From Catajapyx aquilonaris (taxonomy: Eukaryota): 37,444 bases of DNA. Location of the stretch: positions 1 through 37,444 of the forward strand of contig JYFJ02003801.1 of NCBI GenBank assembly GCA_000934665.2, given 5' to 3'. This document shows, piece after piece, positions 11,837 through 23,649 of this stretch. Position 1 is the first letter of the stretch, and every line of letters starts with the position of its first letter. The translations under genes were made by a program, and so were the position numbers. A model generated the notes under the pieces. The model had not been told where the DNA came from. It was given only the letters and a program-made list of their open reading frames with translations, and searched no databases.

Positions 11837-12305
11837 TTCGATGAGCAATCAATATTATTATTTTGCACTCGAGGAATTATGAAGGCTATAAAGATGCATC
11901 AGCGCTATATTTTTCTAGTCCATATGAATCTGCGATTGTTTCCCCATAGGAGACCTAGAGAAAAAAAGCTGTTCAGGTTTAATAATTTTATTTTGTTATT
12001 TAAATTTTATTCCCGAAAATATTTGCAATTTGTTCTTCAGATTATCATCATTCTTGAATATCTGCCGGAACTCTCCTCTTGTACATTAAAAAACTTGCAC
12101 ATAAAAATATTCTTCAGATTGTTCCTACATTTATTGAAACTGTGGGTTACATTAGGTGTGAAGTCTTCAGCCTTCCCCATGGGTGGTACAAATTGAACCA
12201 TTGTGTTGGGAAAGTTGAATCACAGCATAAAACAAAGTGAATATGTGCATGGTTGGTTCGTTATGGCGTAACAATATTACGCAAAATAAGCTCTAGAAAA
12301 TAATG

Positions 12306-12900
12306 CTATATTATTAAGTGAATTAAACACAAAGGACAAGCGTATACTACCTGAGACCTGAAGACGGACCTAGGTGGGCCGCTCATTTTCATTCAGCGGC
12401 GTGGCCACTAGCGCAGCGCTCCACGTCAGTACATACAGCTCCGGAACCATTTCGTATTCCAAAATTCCGTTTGTACCACTGATAGAGGACACTTCAAGGT
12501 GCATTTTGATATCAATGCGATGACATTTGACTTTGGCTCTTTTTTTGAAAATGTCATTTGTTTGCAAAAATGTCGCATTTTGACATGAATTTGCACAGCT
12601 ATCGGAAAGCGACTATTTGTGTCGGAAAGAGGAGACAATTTCACACATGAAACATGTATTACATCATGCATTTACGTTGTCATGTAAATGTAATAGGGGG
12701 GCGCCTCTAATAACTGTGATCCAAGTGCAATTAGCGCCTGTAGATAGGCAACCACGCATCGGCGGACCAAATCCTTATGGGAAAGGTCATAACTTGACAT
12801 GGACTCAAACATATCTCACACTCATCGACGGGGAAATTTTTTCGTGCTAAAGGCAAAAGGGCAATTCCACGTGAACGTTAGTTCACGTGGAATTGTCCTT
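12306..12900 (+). mobile_element. Interspersed repeat copy B (uninterrupted), ending in a 20-bp hairpin
   Basis: Direct repeat of 495-1007 plus 1484-1545. Hairpin AAGGGCAATTCCACGTGAAC-gtta-GTTCACGTGGAATTGTCCTT at 12857-12900. Confidence 0.8.
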
Positions 12901-13722
12901 ATGCGGGGCTGACCAAGGGACCGGAAAACCGGGAAAGCGTTATATGCAGCAGCAGGAGGTTTTACTGTTGCCCTTGGAATTCGGGACTCTTGCGTTTTGG
13001 TCAGATTTTATTGGATACTTGACAAAATGTGCTCTCATACAACAATTTCCATGTTTATGCCAGATTTTGTGCCAAGAAAATGACGGAAATTTTGAAAATC
13101 TTCGTTAATATAAATTGCCTTTTGGAGAAAAGGAATCCTCAAAATCAACAAAAAAGTTTTCTATTATCACTATTGGGAACTATGTCAGAATCTGATAATA
13201 GCATAACTATACCGTATGTCCTTGTCTCCTGCCTATGTTAACATTTTCTCTCCTTTTTCCTTCCTTATTTCGATTGGTGGGCAATAAGTGGAAATTGGCA
13301 TATTAAGCAACATATTTTGGCGAAGGTGTGAGTTAACCTATTAGCAGGACACTTGTTCTTCTACACATCAAATACATACTATACGGTATATATGTATTCG
13401 TAACCTTGTCCGCGTAAAGTTGACTGGCTCACTTTCATTTTATAAGCCCTGGTAATTAACAGCATGTGCGGCATTCAATAACTCGTTTGAGAAGTACCGT
13501 AATTAATCAGTGTTGTGACACACTGCAGTCAGATGAATTCCACGTAAAGACATTGGAAGGCAAAGGTCAAGACCATGGTGACCGTTAATCTAGATCTGGT
13601 GTAGTGTGAGTGAACACAGAAGGGGGTTGGTGGGGGGAAGAATACCTTAGCAACGCTAGTACGTATAGAGAAACTTATAGACAGAGAAGACTTTCGTGCA
13701 TACTGCATAGTGCACAAACTAT

Positions 13723-13734
13723 TCAGTTACTCGG
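13723..13734 (+). promoter_or_regulatory. Candidate arthropod initiator (TCAGTT) upstream of gene 3
   Basis: TCAGTTACTCGG starts 42 nt before the ATG at 13765; the same 12-mer lies at 4842. Confidence 0.4.
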
Positions 13735-13764
13735 CGGCCGTCGAGTTCAGAAGTGAAATTTAAA

Positions 13765-16700
13765 ATGCTGCCGCAATCATCAAGTTACCAAAAATGCAAG
13801 GATGCATTTGGAAAGCTTTTCAAAAGGTCTTCGTCTCAAACATCAGTCGTACAGTTCATCCCTGAGATCGCAGGAGGTAGAAACAAACCATTAGTGAATG
13901 ATGATATACCATATTTATCCACTAGTGGAGGAGCATCCAATTACTTCAAGGATTACTGTGACAATACATCCATCCATGGCTGGAAGTATGTTATGGCTAA
14001 TGATACATCGCGATTGGAAAGGTAAGATTGCACATACATTGGCCTGTTATTCCAGATTGAAAGTATTTTATTCTACGCAGGGTCACTTGGCTTTTGTGCT
14101 GTTGCATCATACTCGTCTTAACCACATTGTATCTGTGGCCAATCATGATCAGATACACAGGATATGATATCTCGACCACAATAGTTGCCACTAATGACCT
14201 CATTTACAACGTGGACTTTCCTGCGGTAACTCTCTGCAGTACTAACCGAGCATCCAAACAGCAACTTGCCAAAGCGACGACAGTGGAACCGTAATGCGTT
14301 TGACATTTTATTCCTTAATATTATTCAACAACGTACTGCGTTTCCCTTATTTGCACCTGTACACATACATATAGAGCATGAGTTAACTAGTTAAGAGAGC
14401 CACATTGTGTATTTGTAATGAGTTGCGTGCCTGTAGAGATATTGAAAATACGTTGCAAACAGTGTGACGTCACGAGGCACGGAAGTCACGCCAGCGCAGC
14501 ATTCAGTTATTAATCCATCGACAGTTTTCACTTTTTCACTCCTCCATAACTGCAATCTCCACCAAAAAATATAAAATGCTAAATAACTTATTACAAATAA
14601 AAGTTTTGATCAATGCCAATTAACCTACGCTGTGTTGTAAAAAGACAATGTGATCCAACGGTATACAGATACACTGCTTTTCAAAATTATTCTTACTTAT
14701 ATACAGTAGTATGTTTTTCAGTAAGCAGATAATACAGTATGAACTGAAGTACTGTAGTTGAACATTACTCTCATCTCGCGACCAAGTTGACAAATCATGA
14801 AATCCAGATAATAATCTAGGCTACTTCATCCAGCAACGTTTTGGGTTTTTGTTGAGATTAGTCTACCTCTTCAACCTTCGGAGGTACTACCTTGGGCAGA
14901 CCTTATCTTAAAATTTTGCTTATAGAGTAGAGGTGTCTCATTAGCCGAACTCTTTTACCCGCTTTTATCCAAGCTTTTACCCCTGTTGTGCATGTTAAGA
15001 GAGGCAACAAATGGCACATTTCCCCTATCCTTTACAACACCCACTTTTAATCGCTTTTTATCTTACTCTCTTTCAGCTGGAAAAAGTATCATGTGGAAAC
15101 ACTTCAGCTAGCACTGGATGTAATGTCCAGTCTGTCAGATCCCACAGACTCTTTCGACAAAGAGGACGAAGAGGAAGTTGCTGACTTATTTAACAATGAG
15201 CGTAAAAACCTTGCAAAATTCATGCAAGAGGTTAGCTTATAGTGAAATAAGATCAAAGCATTTTAAAGGTATTATCTACTGAATTTATTTCACCAGCGCA
15301 AACATGCTTATTTTATTCAGGTGTCTCCCTCTATCAGTCGAGTGGCAGTTAGATGTTGGTGGGCCGGAGTCGAGGTCAAATGCAAGGAAATTTTTGAAGA
15401 CCGCAACACTGATCATGGTTTTTGCTGGAGTTTCAACACGTTAAGTTATACAACTCTCCAGAAGCGAGGAAGTTTGTTTGGGTGAGCATTAAAGTCATGG
15501 GGGGTCTCAGTTTTGTCCGTATTAAACCTTCATATAAATATTTCCAAAATTTACTGCATTTCGTTATTATCATAAAATACCCGCAAAATGTTCATAACGA
15601 TTATCATCCTCCGGGATCAATTTGTATAGCAAAGAAGGTAAACCATATGTGGATGTTTCAGTTGCTATTGTTGTACGGTATTTATTGTTTCCAAGAATCA
15701 CTAATGCGTCGTTGCCAATTCATAGCAGGGTCGGCAGAAGTAAATATTATTGCTGTGGTATATAAATATGCAGATGATCCTCTTACTATTTATATCTAGG
15801 CTACTTGTTTAACCAAAATCTACCTAAAATTTGTCAGAGGCTGTCCTAGACTCGAGCATGATCAACGTTCTTGTACAAGAAATTTTCCCCAACCCTGATC
15901 TGTTACTACTTTATCAAGTAACTATCAAAATTATGCACTATGTAAGGGGGGTCAACAGAGGGGTCAACTCCATAGATACTGATAAAGCAATATGCCGGTC
16001 AAAGTTAACATTAAGCAAGAAATAGAAAAGTGGCCTCCTTCAGGGGAGATATTTGGGCTGCCATCGTCAATGAGCTTTCACTGAGATGATCACTGATACA
16101 ACAGAAGCTACAATATATTTGTCATGAATCGTCCCATATCTTATCGGCAACAATATATTGATGGCAGATCTGATGCAGTGACCTTCGTAAGTTCAGTTGG
16201 TAATATAAAGATTCTAAAGAAATTCTCATTTAATTTTGCCAGGTTTATGGACCGTGGTACTGACACCAAAAAGGAGAAAATACGCAGGGTGAACGGAGCA
16301 GGAGTACACATGGGCCTGTCAGTGTTGCTCAATCCCGATGTTGAAGATTATAGCGAAGTCAGAAGCAACGAATTTCACGGGTTTAAGGTCAGGTCAAGTT
16401 CGAACAATGACGAGGTTGTAATGAAAGAGAATATTTAAAAGCCATTGAATTTTTCCCATTGATATGATGCCACTCGGCTAAAGTGTGATATGCAGAGTGT
16501 ATACAGTATTGCCTGAAACTAAACTGTATACCAGGGTGGTCACGGTAACTCTGGCAAAAATCACAGGGTGTGTAGAGGCCACATAGGCAAGTATTTTGAG
16601 CTTAGGTACCCATGTTCGGAAATGCCCCCATACGGGGGCACGGCCGTTTCCACCTTTAGTATGTTGCGCCTGGTGAGTAGGCAACCCATCGTACTCGAAG

Positions 16701-19700
16701 GTTGCATTCATCAGGTGTTCATCAGGTTTTGAACTAGACACTCGCCATTGTTTTCACCTTCGTCTCCTCCACACGCGACACACCTGATGGACGCAACCTT
16801 CGAGTAAGATGGGTTGCCTACCCACCAGGCGCAACAGACCAAAGGTGGAAACGGCCGTACCCCCGTACGGGGGCCTTTCTGGACATGGGTACCGAAGCTC
16901 AAAATACTTGCCTATTGGGCCTCTATACCCACCATGTGAATTTTGCCAGAGTTACCGTGACCACCCTGTATATCCAGGAGGAGAGGACGGCATTGTCAGT
17001 CATTCATGACAACAAATAGCTCTGCATCACGAACTGTTTTACCATTATTACGTCATGCGTCAGTAGAGTGTGCATATCTCAGGCTTAACTATCCCAATCT
17101 CATTGCCTAACCAAGAAAATAATTAATATAATTATGGTGAAAAATTTGTGAACATTTCTTTCGCAAAATACGCGCATTTCAAAACAACTTTGCGTAATCA
17201 ACCTCTAATTTCATTAAAAGATATCAAACATCAGTTAAATTAAGTATTACTCGTAAATATGTCCGTAGTGGTTAGCGATTTTAGCATTATGCTATTTAAC
17301 TGAAGTAGTGGATTTTGCACTGTTACTTTGAGTGGTTATCAAAATCATTGGGTACACTAATATTATAGCTCCATTCGAATTTCATTAATTATAAAATGTC
17401 TAATTTGCAATATTTCTAACAATTAGAAATGGGCCATTGTACAATTGTCATCGAACATCAATGTTAGAACCCATTTTTGCAGGCCCCCTTGCAGACCTTA
17501 CGAAGAGTGTGTCCACGAAACCTAATATAAGCAACTATTACTTTTGATAACCACTTAGAGGACTTATGCAAAAGTAACTGCTTAAAAATAAGCATCGCAG
17601 TGCGAAAAATTGCCAACCACGACGGGAATTTTAGTTGGAACACACTTTACATGTTTTTCCCAATATTGGCAAAAGTGGATAATTGGCTTGGCTTGGGTAA
17701 TGAGCAGGCCAAGACTCAAAAGGGCAAGTGACGGTAAAAGTGCCTGAACACAAAACAATGCAAAAAAGATTGCAGAGCGTAAATATTCAAATTAGGCTTT
17801 TACAGTAAAATACTACACCATTTTGCAATTGTAATTTTTAAGGTGGCGCAGTACCAAAAATACGGTAACAATGCGGAGTCCTTGACGGCGACTCAAACAA
17901 ACTTGCTGATGCATAAGCAGCATAATGGGGATTCGACATGTCTACATTTCTGCGCCCGTCTGGCCTCAAAAATGGTTCAATCGTCACATAAATTAAACCA
18001 AAAAATAGTACTACATGATCTGGCGCAGGGCACCTATACTAGTTCGTCTTTTTTCAAATTTCGGCCTATAAATGACCTTACGGCGAGTTTAAGCGAGAGG
18101 AAAACGACGCGACGTTTCGGAAAAGTCCATTTGAATAACAAGGCAAAGAAATCGCGACAAACCTCGCACGCTTCTGCGCCCGTATGTCCACAATATTAAT
18201 GCATTCGTGTCGAGTATGGTACCATTGTCAAGGCCAAACCTTTGCTCAGGGCACCTAGTTCGTGTTTTTCCCAGATTAACGAAGAGTTTCGCGACAAAAA
18301 AAATAAAGCTCCCTACGAAATGCGCCTACCGTATTTTTGCTACTGCGCTTCGCCGCCTTATGAAACGAGCACACTGTGAATCCATCCATATAGAGAGTTA
18401 CAAAATTTCTCTAGTATGATCAAATTAATAAGAAAATATTTTATCAACTTTGCACTCAAATAATAATTTTACGCAGATGAAACGGGGAATGCCAGTGATT
18501 GGTATCGAACCCGGGACCCTTCCATCCGTGGGCGCATACGTTACCGCAGCACCACTCCGTCTCCCCCACAATGTTATATTTAATGTTTTCACATTGCTAA
18601 CTGCCAATTGTTTTTACTCCATGAATTAAAACTACAATAATTATGTGACTCATCGTCCTGTTATTTGCAGGTTCTGGTACACCACCCAGCCAATTTTGCC
18701 TTTGTAAATCATCGAGGTTTTATAATATCCGCAGGCCAAGAAGTCCACACCTCCGTAATTCCAAGGACTATTAGCAGCACTGAGACCGTTAAAAACATTC
18801 CAAAAGATCACAGGAATTGTTATTTCAAAGACGAGGGCAATCTCAAATTGTACTCTTCGTATAGCTACAGTAACTGCATTCTGGAGTGCATACGTCGTTC
18901 CATGAAAAAAACCTGTCAGTGTGTGCCGTACGTGTATGAATTTGCAGGTATTACCTCTAAAATACACTATATACAGGGTGTTAATGAATTCCTATATCAG
19001 ATACTCCTAGAGCTTGTGGAGGGGCCAAAATAGATCACTTTTTGCCTAAGAACACATATTCGGAAATACATCGTTTACGCGTTAAAGCTGATTATGTCTC
19101 AGGTTAAGCCCCTTAGACAGGGTAGGCCTAGGCCATAATTATGGCAGATAGGGCAGAAAGATAGAGTAGATATGGTGGAGGGGTCAGAGTAGATCATTTT
19201 TTGCCTAGCAACCTATGTCCGGAAGCGCGTCGCTTAGGTGTTAAAGCTGATTAGATATATAGATAGATACATAGATAGATAATTTTATTACCTTTAAAGC
19301 AAACTGCCTTACAGGAAAGACACTCGCACAACTTTATGTGTTTTTACAATATTATGTCACAAAGCTGCAACTTCTTAATAGCCAATCAAACAAAAAAACT
19401 TGTACAAAACAAACAGAGTATTTGACGGGATTCGCACAAAAACCATATAAAGTTCATCTGATGGGACCCTTGGGAAGTCAGATATACTGTAGTGTATTCA
19501 CTAACTTCACTAAAAAATAACATTTGTAAATCATGTGATATCTGGTGTTACGTGCCTTGACATAAGGTACAATTTTCCTCTGGATCTCGAACTTTAAACG
19601 TGTTAAAGCTGATTATGTCTCAGGATACGCCTCAGGGGGCCTAAGCTTTAGGGACCTAACCTGAGACATAATCAACTTTAACATGTAAACGATGCATTTC

Positions 19701-20608
19701 CGGACATGGGTTCTTAATAGGCAAAAACTGATCTACTCTGGCCCCTCCACAAGCTCTATATAGGAGTAACATCTGAGAGGAATTAATTAGCACACTGTAT
19801 AAAATAACTTAATCATTGTGCAATAAATAACCGTCAATTTTTGTGTTAGGGGCTCCAGAAGATGCATGCAATTTTACTGGGATAAAGTGCATCAAAGAGA
19901 GCATCAGTAAGCAAACATATTCTAATTAGTGTGGTTCGTCTTAACGATACTTGAAAATTTATATATTTTCGCAGGAAAATATTCTGCTGTCTCGATACCA
20001 GGAAAGATGTCGGTAGACCGTGGAAAGCCAGTGGAATCAATGACCGACTGCAACTGCCCAGTGTCTTGCACAGACTCTATATACAACGTAAAAACCACTA
20101 ATGCTGAATTTCCCATTGACACTGCAAACTTGATTGTACCTGATCACTTAGTGAATATTAACAAGTACGTTTGACATTCTTTTGTATATGAGGTTCACAT
20201 AAAATGAAATTGAACGATACAAGTTAAACTGTTAAAGCATTGCTTTATATCTATTTCTGATAGGTCAGAACTGATTCTCTTGCGAGTCTTCTTCCAAGAC
20301 ATGTCCTACATAAAATATCAGCGAAGCGTGACTTACGATTGGGAAGACGTAATAGGTATTATATTGGTTCGAATATCTTAAAATCACTGACGATTAATCA
20401 TTGGTGAATTGCGATATTTTTGTACTTTCTAGCTGGCTTTGGGGGCATCAGCGGCCTCTTCATTGGATTCAGCTTCATCAGCGGCCTAGAAATTGCATAC
20501 TTCTTTATCATCAGACCTGCAATTCGAAAATGTCATGGGTGCGACTGCAAATGCAAGTCATTTTGCACACGCCAAGATGAAACCCATCCCCATCCTTACT
20601 TGCCATAA
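13765..20608 (+). CDS. DEG/ENaC (pickpocket/Nach-like) sodium channel subunit, gene 3 (~572 aa)
   Basis: Exons 13765-14021, 14081-14290, 15077-15230, 15321-15481, 16243-16387, 18671-18947, 19850-19906, 19975-20164, 20264-20355 and 20433-20608 sum to 1719 nt, open, ending in TAA. Motifs: DYCDNTSIHGWKYV, DFPAVTLC, RCWWAG, GFCWSFN, GLSVLLNP, YSYSNCILECI, CNCPVSC, and TM2 AGFGGISGLFIGFSFISGLEIAYFF. AATAAA occurs at ~20891. Confidence 0.94.
16532..16968. mobile_element. Tc1/mariner-type foldback MITE with ~185-bp inverted arms
   Basis: CAGGGTGGTCACGGTAACTCTGGCAAAA.. pairs with ..TTTTGCCAGAGTTACCGTGACCACCCTG|TA. The arms pair almost to the centre; the ORFs 16478- and 16711- are self-similar. Confidence 0.9.
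17097..17703. mobile_element. Old diverged foldback element
   Basis: 17255-17346 (CCGTAGTGGTTAGCGATTTT..TTTTGCA..AGTGGTTATCAAAA) imperfectly mirrors 17542-17632. The outer ends are CTCATTGCCTAA / TTGGGTAATGAG. Confidence 0.5.
17842..18357. mobile_element. Non-autonomous TIR element (Kolobok- or Harbinger-like ends)
   Basis: TTAA|GGTGGCGCAGTACCAAAAATACGGTA mirrors TACCGTATTTTTGCTACTGCGC..CGCC|TTAT. Confidence 0.65.
18465..18566 (-). mobile_element. Short copy (tRNA-like head) of the SINE family at 22101-22502
   Basis: The minus strand reads GGAGTGGTGCTGCGGTAACGTATGCGCCCACGGATG..GGTCCCGGGTTCGATACC, containing A-box-like and B-box motifs. The 36-nt core is identical to 22457-22492. Confidence 0.75.
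18974..19797. mobile_element. Tc1/mariner-type MITE with ~140-bp TIRs and internal partial TIR copies
   Basis: TA|CAGGGTGTTAATGAATTCCT.. pairs with ..AGGAATTAATTAGCACACTG|TA. The arms include AGAGCTTGTGGAGGGGCCA and GTTAAAGCTGATTATGTCTCAGGTTA. An internal repeat lies at ~19175-19252. Confidence 0.85.
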
Positions 20609-22100
20609 TCTGTTACTGGACGACCAAGAGTGGCATGAGGAAATACAGCGCTTCGTCATTTTGGACCTGTCCATTATTTTCCGAGTGTATGGGAGACAAA
20701 GTGAAAAACCAACGAATATCACCACCAAACCCGATCTGACGGACCTATCTTCAGCTAAGAAATGGACAGGTCCTATTTCCAGGTGTCACCCAATTAGAGT
20801 TGGTGATACAAAAATGTCACATTTATTTATGATCCCTCTTTGCTCTGGAGTCATGCAAGTTTGTGTGTGGTGTACTGTAAATTTTAAAGCAATAAAATAA
20901 TAGTATATGGCAATAGTTGCATCAGAGTTACTTTCTTGAGATCAATGAAAATGAAACGTAGGGTGATTATTCAACACATCACGTCACGCCAGTACGTTCA
21001 ATGCCATGCACGCATGCTGTAAGACCGAGTCCTCTGCCCGATTAATTAAACCGCTCACTTGGATACACGCAAATGGCTCGTTCTTAACCTTCAACACGCC
21101 TTGTTGTTCCATTTGTCATTGGGTTCAGAATGGGAACATTGACGCTTTGCGTCCAAGGTTATTGTATTGATTCACAGCTATCCCGCCAGTGCACAAGACA
21201 TGTGGGACACTTATTAATATTGTTGCATTGGCCCATACTTTCATGCTTCCGTCCCTTGATTTATCAGAATTTCAACAAGAGTCTGAATTATTGTTGACTC
21301 TGCTGGGAATCCAAATCTCCCTGGACTCAACAAACTTATCTCTGCTATAGGCTACACTGAAAGAACTAGTACTATTTGTACGAAAGCCCACAGGGGCAAT
21401 CATGTACACAGGGTGTTTCATATTTCACACCACAAACCTTCTAGGACTAACTCCTGCACCAGTGGATCATTTAACTTATAGGTGTCGTGGCTTAGTTATG
21501 GAGATAATGTGCTATTTATCATGCAAAGTACGTGGCCCTAAGAACGCTTACTTATTAAGGAACAAGAATCTTTCTACATTATCTACATGTTTACTTTGCA
21601 GTTGGGAGCTTAAACCTGGCTTAAACCTTTTTCCACAAAGGTGTAAGAAAACAATAATTATACACTCTACTATTCATGGTAAACGTATGTTATGTAGCTT
21701 AATAACCTTTTCAAGTGACCATGGGTCCATATTCAGATCAATTCATTTGAGGGATCACATGGAAACCTTATGTGATATTATTGTTGTCAGGGTTTTTCCT
21801 TATTATATTCAAACACTTCTGGACAGATTTATTGACCTGAGACGGTAACACAGGTACTGTAATTTACCACCGTAAATCCACATAATTTACAAACGTGTAT
21901 TTTCGATGATCTTGAAAATAAGTATCTGCATATCATGAATTATGTTATGTTATCACATTCTTGAGACCCAGTTGCAAACATCGAAGGTAGGCAATGTATG
22001 GATAATTTACCCTTTAATTTACCCTTGTAGTGCTATTTCATTTTGCCGGAAATCAATACTAAGGGTAAGAGTGAAGACAGAAAGTCCTGGCTCATTGCTA

Positions 22101-22123
22101 ATAATAATAATAATAATAATAAC

Positions 22124-22175
<52 letters not shown>

Positions 22176-22502
22176 GGTTTAGTGCTCCGCCCAATGGGCA
22201 GCCTGCACAGTACCTTTATTTTGCTTAGCTAGTACAGTTGGTCCTTTTGCCGTAACGCCCGGGTACCGCGAGCGATAGGGAAGGTGACAGGAGGGGATGT
22301 GCAAGGTGCAGTGCAGTACAGTCACTATAGGTCATTTTGTGAACTCCCCCGGGTGGTTTAGTCTATTGGAAATACCACCCGAGACGAAGTCAGAGCCTTA
22401 AACTCTGCACGAGATGAAGGGGGTGTTCCCGGGGGGATTTGATCCCGGGACCTTAACATCCGTGGGCGCATACGTTACCGCAGCACCACTCCGCCTCCTC
22501 TT
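22101..22502 (-). mobile_element. Full-length tRNA-derived SINE with (ATT)n tail
   Basis: The minus-strand head has A/B-box-like motifs (TGGTGCTGCGG; GGGATCAAATCC). The 3' tail is the (AAT)n run at 22101-22175 on the + strand. An 11-bp TSD GCTCATTGCTA lies at 22090-22100 and 22503-22513. Confidence 0.9.
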
Positions 22503-23649
22503 GCTCATTGCTATTACTAAGTGGACTTCACCGGGATATAGAGCACTAACATTGCTAATTAGTGGTGTAAATAACTCAAAACTGCTAAAATGGGATTTAA
22601 CGAGTTTCTCTTGTATCCCCAAGATTTATAATCTTTGAGTCTAGAGTCTAGACTAAGATAAATAACTAATAAGTTAGTTCCAAACAGGTATAATTACTGG
22701 CCCAAATATATATTTTAATGCAAGTGATACAGTTCTGCAAAATACCCAGTTTTACAGGAAAGTCCTACCTCTGCCACAAACGTACGTTGTCTCTAAATAT
22801 TTACATAAAAAGCAGATTATATAACAAAAGATGGCCAACACATTCGTTCTCAGAAAAAGACAGCTCAAACTCACGCCACAGAGACATACGTATGTAAAAA
22901 TGTTTTTACCTGACCGTAATGTGATGATGCATAAAATTAAATAGAAATGCTGTTCCAACAGTAAAACGTGCCCTGATTCAATCGCATAGATTTACCCAGT
23001 GTTTCTAAGTTAGGAGACTCTACCAGGTAAATTCTTGGTCTGAAGAAACTGGACCTCTGAGCAGTTACAAAGTTCTTGATGAAGACAGTGAAATCATACG
23101 ACAATCATCAGAGGGTGGAGTCTATTTACCACTAAAAATGGTATGGATTGTTCTCTGAGCCCTGGCCAAGTTCTTCTGAGCACAAGTGACTCATTCCTTA
23201 CATCAACATGCACGGTACCTAACGTCATTTCGACCTTGTTTCGCATTTCTGTTTGTGTAATAACCTTCCATCGGAAAGTGGCTGCTAAATATATTTTTAC
23301 CAGTATTTCCTCAGCATGTACCTGTATTATTTCACATTTCCCTGTAAAGACCAATTTCCTTACAATAAATCAGTTCCTAGTAACTTGGATCGATTACGTA
23401 AACATTTCGGGCACCAAGTTACAACCAGGATGAGATTTAAGGTCTACAACGTGCTTGACTCTACGCATGGCCGAATTAGATAACTCATACGGTATACTTG
23501 TAGATACGCCAGTCGGTATGCCAGACATGTGCCAAACAAGTCTACCTGGGAGACAATGTTGGTGGCGACCGTGCCTAAAAACATGTTGCTGTAGATTTCC
23601 ACGTACCTTCTAAGAGCCTCTGCATGGCAACTCCCTGTTGTGGTAATGA

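Noticed and set aside
21942..22232. Poly-Ile and poly-Asn ORFs (also the poly-Leu ORF at 36691-36885)
   Set aside because: Translation artefacts of (AAT)n microsatellites and the SINE tail.
22414..22500. tRNA gene candidates here, at 18500-18565 and at 35700-35838
   Set aside because: The A/B boxes belong to SINE heads (with body, tail and TSD where complete), and no full cloverleaf is evident.
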